A stretch of 32,000 nt of DNA from Halomicronema hongdechloris C2206 (GTDB lineage Bacteria; Cyanobacteriota; Cyanobacteriia; Phormidesmidales; Phormidesmidaceae). Shown here piece after piece: positions 8,487-16,167 of this stretch (its first letter is position 1; every line of letters begins with the position of its first letter). The notes below the pieces were generated by a model. The model was not told the DNA's origin. It was given only the letters and a program-made list of their open reading frames with translations, and did no database searches. The DNA lies in the NCBI RefSeq assembly GCF_002075285.3, contig NZ_CP021983.2, positions 5,100,001-5,132,000 of the forward strand, given 5' to 3'. The position numbers and the translations under genes were made by a program.

Positions 8487-8601
8487 AGAGGATATTTGGA
8501 AAGCACCCTGCAACCTTGCTCCAGACTGGAGTCTGGTCAACAGAGCCATAGGCTCTAAAACGCTTACCTGGCAGGGCTTTCAGCCGAGTTTTCAAATGGC
8601 C
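8487..8601 (-). repeat. MITE-like dispersed element, copy 2 (inverted relative to copy 1)
   Basis: Its reverse complement aligns with 2611-2724 (catttgaaaactcggctgaaagccctgccaggtaagcgttttagagcc...ctttccaaatatcctct). It fills the gap between rsmA and ispE. Confidence 0.8.
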
Positions 8602-8720
8602 TCTGAGGCAGGTGCCATGAGATGCTGAAGAGGGATCCCCTGACTCTGTCCTGAGCTGATGGTGGCAATACTCGTTTTCAAGGCATTTTAATTCATCCTT
8701 CTGCCTTCTGCTATATCCCT

Positions 8721-9665
8721 ATGCGTCTGTATTCTCTGCTGGCCGCAGCCAAAATCAATCTTTACCTAGAAATCATCGGCGATCGGCCCGACGGCTTCCA
8801 CGAACTGGTGATGGTGATGCAAAGTGTCGATCTGGCCGACCGGGTTACCGTCCGTAGTCTGGGCCCAGAAACCATTCGGATTCGCTGCGATCATCCTGAA
8901 GTCCCTACCGATGGGAGCAACTTAGCCTATCGCGCCGCCGCCTTGCTGGTAGAGGAGTTCCCTAACATCATGGCCAAATACGGCGGGGTCGAAATCACCA
9001 TAGAAAAACACATCCCAGTGGGAGCCGGATTAGCCGGTGGGTCAGCCAACGCCGCGGCAGTATTGGTGGGGCTAGATCTGCTCTGGGACCTGGGCCTGAC
9101 TCAGCTAGAGCTACAAACTCTGGGAGCACGGTTGGGGTCAGATGTGCCCTTTTCTTTAGTCGGGGGAACCGCCATCGCTACCGGGCGGGGAGAGCAACTC
9201 GACTTTCTCTACGGCCTCGACGGTCTCTGGGTCTTACTGGCCAAGTACCGGCAGCTATCTGTCTCTACTCCTTGGGCCTACCAAGGCTATCGTCAGCAAT
9301 TTAGTCATACCTACGTCAGCGATGACGTCAGTCGGCAAGCCCGGCAAGCCCGGGTTCGCTCCGGAGCCATGGTCACCGCCCTGGGGCGCCAGGACGGCCA
9401 TCAGATCGGCCAGGCCCTGCAGAATGATCTAGAAAACGTGGTCTTGCCTGCCTATCCCCAGGTGGATCGGCTACGCCAGGTGATGGCGGAGATGGGCGGC
9501 TTAGGCACTCTGATGTCAGGCTCTGGGCCTACGGTCTTCACCCTGGCCGCCACCCTGGAAGAGGCCGAGACCTTAAAACATCAGGTTTCTGAACGCTTGG
9601 CTGATACAGACTTGGAGCTCTGGGTGGCCCGTTTTACGCCCACCGGTGTGCGGCTGATGGATTGA
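8721..9665 (+). CDS. ispE: 4-(cytidine 5'-diphospho)-2-C-methyl-D-erythritol kinase
   Basis: The GHMP kinase motif PVGAGLAGGSANAAAVL, the N-terminal AKINLYLEI motif, and a length of 314 aa. Confidence 0.93.
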   Translation: MRLYSLLAAAKINLYLEIIGDRPDGFHELVMVMQSVDLADRVTVRSLGPETIRIRCDHPEVPTDGSNLAYRAAALLVEEFPNIMAKYGGVEITIEKHIPVGAGLAGGSANAAAVLVGLDLLWDLGLTQLELQTLGARLGSDVPFSLVGGTAIATGRGEQLDFLYGLDGLWVLLAKYRQLSVSTPWAYQGYRQQFSHTYVSDDVSRQARQARVRSGAMVTALGRQDGHQIGQALQNDLENVVLPAYPQVDRLRQVMAEMGGLGTLMSGSGPTVFTLAATLEEAETLKHQVSERLADTDLELWVARFTPTGVRLMD

Positions 9666-9713
9666 GCCATCTATGGGATGCTAGTAAGCGTCCCCCTAAA
9701 CCGAGAGGTGGGT

Positions 9714-10055
9714 ATGGATAATTCACCGACGCCCAAGGTCGAAACCAGCCAATCGACACCGACACCCCCGGCAAAAATCTGGCGCTGCTTCAGTGGGGCC
9801 TTCATCGCCGGTAGTCTGGGCATGATACTCTACCGGTTTATGACGACTATCGCTGTGACCTTTGCCAATAAACCAGTCACCTCCGACAATCCGGCGGTGG
9901 TCAATATCTCAGCGGCCGTGCGCACCCTGGTGGTGGGTATCGTGGCCCTGGGGGCCGGGGTATTCGCCATCGCCGCCGTGGGGCTCTTCCTACTGGGCAT
10001 GCAGCTGGCGGTACAGCGGCTCATGGGTCGTTCTAAGTCTTCCTCCCAGACCTAG
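9714..10055 (+). CDS. DUF3082-like small membrane protein
   Basis: Two predicted TM helices plus a conserved-looking NISAAVRTLVVG segment. The position immediately after ispE matches my recollection of cyanobacterial synteny. ATG 9714 has an upstream GAGAGGTGGG, whereas the track ORF starts at 9678. Confidence 0.6.
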   Translation: MDNSPTPKVETSQSTPTPPAKIWRCFSGAFIAGSLGMILYRFMTTIAVTFANKPVTSDNPAVVNISAAVRTLVVGIVALGAGVFAIAAVGLFLLGMQLAVQRLMGRSKSSSQT

Positions 10056-10888
10056 AGTTGCAGCGTGAAGTGACGGCTGAGCGCAAACCAAGCTAGGGGA
10101 CCGCGGCGCTGGGCCGTTCGCCAGACCGGAAACCGCAGATATTTAGCCAAGACGAGTCGAGCCAGCCCTTTGCCACGGCCATAGAGCCGTTCCTGCAGGT
10201 AGGCGAGCCAACTCGGTCGGCCCTTGGCCAGGCTGGCATAGAGGGGCGGAAAGGCTAGGGGACCATGGAGGACATCGGCCCGGTGCACTCGGCTGAGGCG
10301 ATTCTGATGATGCTCTGGGTTGGGCAGCCCCCCATGTTCGCCATAGTTGCGGAAGGGCACGTAGTTGGTGAAGTTGCGATCGCGTAGGGAATAGTCCAAG
10401 CCAGAATCCCAGGGGGTGTAGTGGCTGGGGCCGGGATCGTGAGCTACCCCATCAGCCACCTTGATCAAATGGGCCGCACTCTTGGCCGTAATCACATAGG
10501 CCACCAGGGAGGTGGAATAGCCAATCCCATAGCCCTGGGGAGTGACCCGGTAGACCTGGGGGGCGCAGGTGTAGAGCCAGGCGATGCCCAGGCTAGGATC
10601 TTCGGGGTCGAAGCTAGCCGGTAACTGGCCAAAGGTCTGCACCGGCACGAAGTCAGCCTCCACAATCAGAGTCGGTTTATCACTGTGTCGAGCTCGCTCC
10701 CAAGCGCGGCGATGGTTCAGCAGGCAGAGAAAACTGCGGGAATAGCCCTGGTATTCGGGACGGTGGGTTTGCCGCAGCACCTGACAGCGGCAGCCGGCTC
10801 GGGTCAAGGTCTGCTCCAGGCAATCCGTGACCTCCCGGTGGGCCAGAATGAAGGTTTGCTCGATGCAGTCCACTAGAGTGTTGGCCAT
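10052..10888 (-). CDS. Hypothetical protein, tentatively glycosyltransferase family 25-like
   Basis: A 278-282 aa ORF with ATG at 10888 or GTG at 10900. The segment SFLCLLNHRRAWERA...TLIVEADFVPV loosely resembles the GT25 core (SH..W...ILEDD). This is weak, motif-level evidence only. Confidence 0.6.
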   Translation of the reverse strand: MANTLVDCIEQTFILAHREVTDCLEQTLTRAGCRCQVLRQTHRPEYQGYSRSFLCLLNHRRAWERARHSDKPTLIVEADFVPVQTFGQLPASFDPEDPSLGIAWLYTCAPQVYRVTPQGYGIGYSTSLVAYVITAKSAAHLIKVADGVAHDPGPSHYTPWDSGLDYSLRDRNFTNYVPFRNYGEHGGLPNPEHHQNRLSRVHRADVLHGPLAFPPLYASLAKGRPSWLAYLQERLYGRGKGLARLVLAKYLRFPVWRTAQRRGPLAWFALSRHFTLQL

Positions 10889-11103
10889 AGTCTTCCCCAC
10901 GCCCAGGATGTAAATACCTTAAACACTAGGATGACTCAAATTGACCCTAGAGCGGGTTGAGAAGTTGCCGCATCGCTTTGCTTAAGATCATCACAATGAA
11001 CTCAGTGGGCAGCATCACGGTGCGCGGTTGCAGCTTGCGTGGCCCTGGCTATGCAACATGCGATCGCATCTCGTATAGCACCGAACATCCTAGATCAGAG
11101 ATA

Positions 11104-11769
11104 ATGGCACTGTCAGCACTCGTTTTTCCCATGACCAACAACGGTGATCGCCTGGAGCGAATTGAGGCACTTGTTCACGCCAATGCAGAAGCGATTGCAG
11201 CCATGCGTGACGCCCAGGAGCATGACCGATTTGACCTGAGTGAAGCCCGTCAAATCGCTGATTCGAATGCCCGAGCCATCGCCGCCGGGGCCGAGGAAAC
11301 CCGCCAACTTCGGCAAAGCTTGCAAGCCTCTATCCAAGAAACACAGCACATCGCTGATTCAAATGCCCGAGCCATCGCCGCCGGGGCCGAGGAAACCCGC
11401 CAACTTCGGCAAAGCTTGCAAGCCTCTATCCAAGAAACACAGCACATCGCTGATTCAAATGCCCGAGCCATCGCCGCCGGGGCCGAGGAAACCCGCCAAC
11501 TCAGGCAGAACTTGCGGGAATTATCAGAAGAGTCTCGACAGCGACTCAATGAAAATATTGCTGATACCGTCTCGATGATCAGCGACTTAGGACAGCAGCA
11601 GGCCGAAACAGACCAGCGATTTAACACGCTTCTAGCAGAGGCCAGGGCAGATCGGTTGCGACAGCGAGCTGCTGAAGAGCGCAATCGCATTGAGCATGAG
11701 GAGTTTCGCGTTTTTATGCAAGACACATTACGGGAAATCCGCCAGATTTGGCAGCGACTGGCAGGGTAA
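11104..11769 (+). CDS. Coiled-coil protein with a 32-aa tandem repeat (hypothetical)
   Basis: This is the long ORF 10957..11769. The plausible starts are ATG 11104 or ATG 11131 (MTNNGDRLERIEALV...). Heptad-like Ala/Gln/Arg/Glu-rich sequence runs throughout. Confidence 0.65.
   Translation: MALSALVFPMTNNGDRLERIEALVHANAEAIAAMRDAQEHDRFDLSEARQIADSNARAIAAGAEETRQLRQSLQASIQETQHIADSNARAIAAGAEETRQLRQSLQASIQETQHIADSNARAIAAGAEETRQLRQNLRELSEESRQRLNENIADTVSMISDLGQQQAETDQRFNTLLAEARADRLRQRAAEERNRIEHEEFRVFMQDTLREIRQIWQRLAG
11254..11520 (+). repeat. 96-bp tandem repeat, about 2.8 copies, in frame inside the coiled-coil CDS
   Basis: Units start at 11254, 11350 and 11446. Units 1 and 2 differ at one base (attcGaat versus attcAaat). 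Unit 3 is identical to unit 2 for 56 nt and then diverges. The encoded unit is IADSNARAIAAGAEETRQLRQSLQASIQETQH. Confidence 0.95.
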
Positions 11770-12039
11770 GGCGTCTAACTGAGTCCTAGTCCTGAACAAG
11801 GGGCTGAGTTTGCATTGGAGTCAACTACACAGCTAAACGATTGCCGGTAAGGTGGTGTATTGCCAAGAATGCGATCGCATCGACATCGCCTTTCAGAGGG
11901 AAAAGCAACTCCAGGGCTGAAGCCGTAAGAAAAAGCAGGCTCTGATTGCAAGCAATAGCCGAGTGCCAGAATGGCAGCCACTCTAGAAATTTTCCTGCTG
12001 ATATAAAATCCGGTTAATCACCTAGGAAAACGTTTATCT

Positions 12040-12163
12040 GTCATTCCCGCGTTTCGTGAAGCGAGGCCGGAGGCCTTAAGGCGGGAATCTAGGGCGTAAA
12101 TCTCGGCTAGGCCCGGAGCGCTCGACCTGGATTCCGGGTCGCGCTGCGCTTGCCCGGAATGAC
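12040..12163. repeat. Palindromic REP/MITE-like element (two hairpins; outer ends GTCATTCCCGCG ... GCCCGGAATGAC)
   Basis: attcccgc (12043-12050) pairs with gcgggaat (12081-12088), and attccggg (12131-12138) pairs with cccggaat (12153-12160). GTCATTCC-type termini are present at both ends in inverted orientation. Confidence 0.65.
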
Positions 12164-12186
12164 GTAATGATGGGGTTGCAATCCTC

Positions 12187-12564
12187 ATGGGAAACAACTT
12201 CTACAGGAGTTATGGGTTTACCATGATCACGGCAGAGCAACCGGATTTCAGCAACTGCCTCCAGGAGAGACAACGTATATGGGGGCTGCTGGCCTCCAAA
12301 CCCTATGCCGCCTCCGCCAACTACATCAACCGCATGAGCGACTACTGCCGTGGTTGTGCCTATGACCCTAAAGCGCGCACTGGCGACAAGGCCTGCCCAT
12401 TTAACGTTTTCTACTGGGATTTTCTAGATCGCCATCGGGAAAAGCTGCCATCTCAGGGCCGCATGAGTTTTATCCTGCGGCACCTGGATAAGATGTCGGC
12501 GGTAGAACGGACGGTGATTCATCAACAGGCAGACACCTGGCACCAGCAGCAGGAGAGTTTATAA
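12187..12564 (+). pseudogene. C-terminal remnant of an FeS-cluster cryptochrome/photolyase-family gene (COG3046 / FeS-BCP type)
   Basis: The segment LLASKPYAASANYINRMSDYCRGCAYDPKARTGDKACPFNVFYWDFLDRHREKL matches the conserved C-terminal block of CryB/PhrB-type proteins as I recall it, which are about 500 aa. Only about the last 100 residues are present. Recognisable similarity begins near 12268. Confidence 0.6.
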
Positions 12565-12602
12565 CAGAGGTAGACCCGCCATTGATCGCGAAAGGAGCCA
12601 CC

Positions 12603-13415
12603 ATGAGCCCATCTGATACTGCCACCATTAAGCACAGTGAGCTGTTGAATCGCTTGGTGATCAACATCGATACCACCGAGGAGGTGGGTCGTGTGGCGCA
12701 ACTGCTAGTAGATACTGCGGTTCATCAAGTCGAGGGCCTGGTCTGTAAGGCAGGCTTCCTGGGACGGGAGCGGCAGGCCTTTGGCTGGGTCCAGGTGGAA
12801 TCCATCGGGCCTGACAGTGTCGTGGTGAAGCCAGGCACAGAATTTGCCTCCCGTCGCCTGGACGATGCCATTGCCATGACCACCCAGGAAGTCTGGTCCG
12901 ACACTGGGGAACGGGTGGGGCATTTGGTGGACTACTGCATTGAGCTAAACACAGGAGCCATTACCCTCTATTTATTTGCTGGCGAGGGCTTGCGAGGACT
13001 GACCGAGGGCATCTATGCGCTGTCGCCTCGAGGCGTGGTCAGTGCTGGGCGCAAGCGGATCATGGTGCAGGATGCCCGCATTGAAGACGCCGAGTTGTTT
13101 AGTGAAGGGTTGAGTCAGCGGGCCGCCGGGGCCGCCAGCTTCTTGCAGAAGGATTATTCCCAGACCCAGCAAGACTTCGAGTCGGTGGTGGATAAGAGTC
13201 AGGCCCTGGCTGAGCAACTGCAGCAGCAAACTCGCCGCTTTGCGGATCAAACCCGGCAACAGCTGGGGCAGGTCTGGGGGCAATTTCAAGAGAGGGCTAG
13301 CCAGGGGCGCGACCAGCTGCAGGATAGGTCGGCGTCCAAGGATGACGATGGGAAAACCATTGAAGTGGATTCCTTCGAGGTTTGGCCCGACGAAGATGAG
13401 GAGAAAACCCCTTAA
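12603..13415 (+). CDS. PRC-barrel domain protein with a coiled-coil, acidic C-terminus
   Basis: Two PRC-barrel-like modules (LLNRLVINIDTTEEVGRVAQLLVD... and VWSDTGERVGHLVDYCIELNTGAI...). AAAGGAG lies 5 nt upstream of ATG 12603. The track ORF starts at TTG 12582. Confidence 0.7.
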   Translation: MSPSDTATIKHSELLNRLVINIDTTEEVGRVAQLLVDTAVHQVEGLVCKAGFLGRERQAFGWVQVESIGPDSVVVKPGTEFASRRLDDAIAMTTQEVWSDTGERVGHLVDYCIELNTGAITLYLFAGEGLRGLTEGIYALSPRGVVSAGRKRIMVQDARIEDAELFSEGLSQRAAGAASFLQKDYSQTQQDFESVVDKSQALAEQLQQQTRRFADQTRQQLGQVWGQFQERASQGRDQLQDRSASKDDDGKTIEVDSFEVWPDEDEEKTP

Positions 13416-13417
13416 CT

Positions 13418-14773
13418 CTAAGATTCAATCTTGGGGCGAGATTCATGCCAGGACAGTTCTAGGGCTTTGCGGTAATCGGCTTGGGCCAAGGCGGGGTCTT
13501 TTTCTAGCTGTAGGCGAATGTGACCCCGGCTGCGGTAGGCCTCTGCCAATCCAGGATTGAGCTGTAGGGCCTGGTTAAGGTCAGCTAGGGCTTCCCAGAG
13601 ATAGCCGGCTTGGGCCAGGGCTTCACCACGGCGGCTGTAGGCCACGGCGTCTTTGGGATCTAGGTGTAGGGCCAAGCTGAAATCTTGGAAGGCATCGGCA
13701 AAATTATTGCGGCGCTGATAGATCAGCCCCCGCTGATAGTAGGCGACAGCGTCTTCCGGGTTCAGGTGCAGCGCTAGGCTATAGGCTGCGATCGCACCGT
13801 CTTCATCTCCGAGATGGCAGCACAGTTGGCCACGCTGGCGATAGACCTGGGAGAGGTAAAACGGCTGGCGAAAGGGCAGTACCGTCGCCTCCGGCGTGGG
13901 CTGATGGGGCCACAAGGCCCAGCCCGTCAAGATCGGATCGATATCCCTGGTCGGCTGCTCTAAGCTAGGATTTAGCGCCAATACCTGCTCAACGTCTTGC
14001 AGGGCACCGGCAGCATCTCCCAGATACTGCCGCAGCAAGGCTCGGTTGAGATACCCCTCCAGGAAATCTGGCTGCAGCAACAGGGTGCGGTTCAAGGCCA
14101 AGACCGCTTCGTAGGTATTCCCCAGATGAAACTGGGTCAACCCTCGATAGTAGTGGGCTTCCACGAAGTCAGGGGCATCCCGCAGGGCCAAATCGAAATC
14201 GGCCAGGGCTTGGCGGTAAACCGCTAACGGATGTTGCCAATCGGCCAGCCGCTGCAACCGAGCGATGGCACGCCAGAAGTAAAGCTTTGGGAAGCAAGAT
14301 TGTCGTTCCAGCACCCAATCAAAATCTGCGATCGCACCGTCGTAGTCCTTCAGGGCCAGGCGGACCAGCCCGCGGCCACCATAGGCCTTGTGGGCTAAAG
14401 GCTGCAGCTTAATCGCTCGATTCAAATCGGCCAGGGCGCGATGGTGATCGCCCAGGTAACGGTGGGCATTGCCGCGATTGATATAGGCCCGCACGTGGCT
14501 AGGCATCAGCTGCAGTGCCTTGGAAAAATCAGTAATTGCCGCCTGATAATTCTGCAGATCATAATGGGCACAGCCGCGATTGTAGAGAGCCGTGGCGCAG
14601 TCGGGTTGGACCTGCAGGGCCTGATTAAAGTAATCGAGCGCCTGCCAATAGCGGCCCTGACGAGCCTTGACAATGCCCTGGTTCAGCACCTGCTTGACAT
14701 TCATGGCAGTAGCGGCAGAGGGATACATCCCTGACATCACTGGGGAGCGCGACAATAAGGTATCCTGCGGCAA
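13418..14773 (-). CDS. Tetratricopeptide repeat (TPR) protein
   Basis: About 10 recognisable 34-aa TPR units (W..A...F..AL...P....A...RG). The start is ambiguous between TTG 14773, ATG 14737 and ATG 14704. Confidence 0.85.
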   Translation of the reverse strand: MPQDTLLSRSPVMSGMYPSAATAMNVKQVLNQGIVKARQGRYWQALDYFNQALQVQPDCATALYNRGCAHYDLQNYQAAITDFSKALQLMPSHVRAYINRGNAHRYLGDHHRALADLNRAIKLQPLAHKAYGGRGLVRLALKDYDGAIADFDWVLERQSCFPKLYFWRAIARLQRLADWQHPLAVYRQALADFDLALRDAPDFVEAHYYRGLTQFHLGNTYEAVLALNRTLLLQPDFLEGYLNRALLRQYLGDAAGALQDVEQVLALNPSLEQPTRDIDPILTGWALWPHQPTPEATVLPFRQPFYLSQVYRQRGQLCCHLGDEDGAIAAYSLALHLNPEDAVAYYQRGLIYQRRNNFADAFQDFSLALHLDPKDAVAYSRRGEALAQAGYLWEALADLNQALQLNPGLAEAYRSRGHIRLQLEKDPALAQADYRKALELSWHESRPKIES

Positions 14774-15112
14774 AGTACTCTCATTATGGCTTGCGGATCC
14801 AACCTGAAGCCACTGTGCTCATTTTTTAAGCTATTTCCCTAACGATTATTTATTTGCTTAAGCTTGGCTTAAAGCCTCGTCTAGGAATCCGGTAATCGCT
14901 AGCCATAGAACTTTGGCAAGACAGGGCTAGCATACCGTATCAGAGATCTCTTGTCCGTAAGGGCGGGACATTCTGCCGGTAGTCGACCCAGCTGCCTTGC
15001 TGGAGGACTCCTCGGCAGGCCGTCTGGCAGCCAGCGGTGCTAAGGGGGATGATTCCCCGAGTTAGCCACAGCTTTGGCCCCAGAGAAGAGCCGGGAGGCA
15101 TTAGCCCAGGGC

Positions 15113-15559
15113 CTAGGGATCGAGGCGCCGGATGATCACCAGAGTCTTGAAGTAGTCTTCCATGCGGTCTTGGTCCCGGAAGAGCCGGGCGGCTTGCCAG
15201 AGATCGCGAATGCCCTCTGGATCGCCACTGCGATAACGGGCCACCCCACGACTGCCATAGGCACTGGCCAACTCGGGATCTAGCTCAATGGCCTGATCGA
15301 AATCGGCAATGGCCGCCTCATAATCCTTGAGCACGGCATAAACCCCACCGCGCCCCACGTAGGCGGCTGCATAGTTGGGGTCGGCGCCAATGGCTTCGGT
15401 ATACAGTGCGATCGCACTATCGGGCTCACCGCCACGAAACGCCGCCTGGCCCTGCTCAAATAAATCCTCGGCCAAGTTCTCATTGGTTTGCCCCAAAGAC
15501 GCAGGCACACTACAGGCCAACAGCGGCAAACTGACTAAAAATGCCATCCAAATACGCAT
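15113..15559 (-). CDS. TPR-repeat lipoprotein (secreted)
   Basis: The internal ATG at 15559 gives MRIWMAFLVSLPLLAC, a signal peptide with an L-L-A-C lipobox. Three TPR units follow. The part of the track ORF upstream of this ATG (to 15763) has no coding character. Confidence 0.75.
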   Translation of the reverse strand: MRIWMAFLVSLPLLACSVPASLGQTNENLAEDLFEQGQAAFRGGEPDSAIALYTEAIGADPNYAAAYVGRGGVYAVLKDYEAAIADFDQAIELDPELASAYGSRGVARYRSGDPEGIRDLWQAARLFRDQDRMEDYFKTLVIIRRLDP

Positions 15560-15800
15560 GATTTTCTGCTCGAGTGGGCTGCATTGAGAAGAAACCTGAC
15601 CACACGGGCAATAGGGATCTGAATCTAAGCCATCCCCCAGGTAACAGTCCCCGGATATCGCCACTGCCACCACCCTGTTGACAGCGGTTGGCCAGCAACT
15701 ACCCTCGCCATTGAGGCCCATCTGTATTGCCTGGCCATGGTCTAAGTCATCCCCTGCTCTCAAGGTAAGTCATTTTTCAAGAACTGGGGCCTCTGTCGCT

Positions 15801-15830
15801 ACTTTCTCAGGCTTCTCAGGACTTTCTCAG
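15801..15830 (+). promoter_or_regulatory. Three phased direct repeats (ACTTTCTCAG / GCTTCTCAG / GACTTTCTCAG), candidate regulator-binding site
   Basis: Read directly from the sequence. The repeat period is about 10 bp (one helical turn), and the repeats lie in a divergent intergenic region. Confidence 0.35.
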
Positions 15831-15926
15831 AGAACACTTACTTAGCCATCAGCGGCAACTCAGCTGCAGAGGCGCCAATAGATAATAGATGTTGGCCAAA
15901 TGGTCTAGCATCTACCAGCTCATGTC

Positions 15927-15954
15927 TTGACAGACGAGTACCACACCTCAAAAT
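15927..15954 (+). promoter_or_regulatory. Candidate sigma70-type promoter (TTGACA-N16-CAAAAT)
   Basis: A perfect -35 hexamer at 15927-15932, with a 4/6 match to TATAAT at 15949-15954. The assignment is tentative. Confidence 0.3.
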
Positions 15955-15957
15955 TCT

Positions 15958-15990
15958 GGATCCCCTGGTCTACGACCCAGGGGATTTTTG
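15958..15990 (+). terminator. Intrinsic terminator hairpin not attached to any CDS (orphan)
   Basis: A 9-bp perfect GC-rich stem, atcccctgg (15960-15968) with ccaggggat (15977-15985), has an 8-nt loop and a run of five T (15985-15989, the first being the last stem base). Both neighbouring CDSs point away from it. Confidence 0.6.
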
Positions 15991-16167
15991 TGGGCCTCTC
16001 CCTCCGCCTTGGCAGCTCCTTGAGCAGACAACCTAGCCGCGGATGTATAGCAGACAGCACCCGGCTTCAGACTGTCTGCTGTAGGCTGAACTCGACTCGC
16101 CCAGGCCATTGCCATCCCTGGGCCCGGTCATGTCGCTAGCTGCCACTATGCAGGGAGAACGTTAACT

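Noticed and set aside
8358-8595. Track ORFs 8358..8549 and 8386..8595 (minus strand)
   Set aside because: They are made up largely of the second MITE-like repeat copy plus the antisense of the rsmA 3' end. The same repeat gives a different spurious ORF at copy 1.
11254-11520. Possible CRISPR array, because of regularly spaced identical 96-bp units
   Set aside because: The units are directly adjacent with no unique spacers. They lie in frame inside a long ORF and encode a coherent coiled-coil repeat. No cas genes are present in the window.
15940-15990. Identity of the orphan-terminator transcript with the cyanobacterial sRNA Yfr1
   Set aside because: The single-stranded stretch here (ACCACACCUCA) does not match the Yfr1 core motif as I recall it (ACUCCUCACAC). 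Only the general layout, an unpaired motif followed by a terminator hairpin, is similar.
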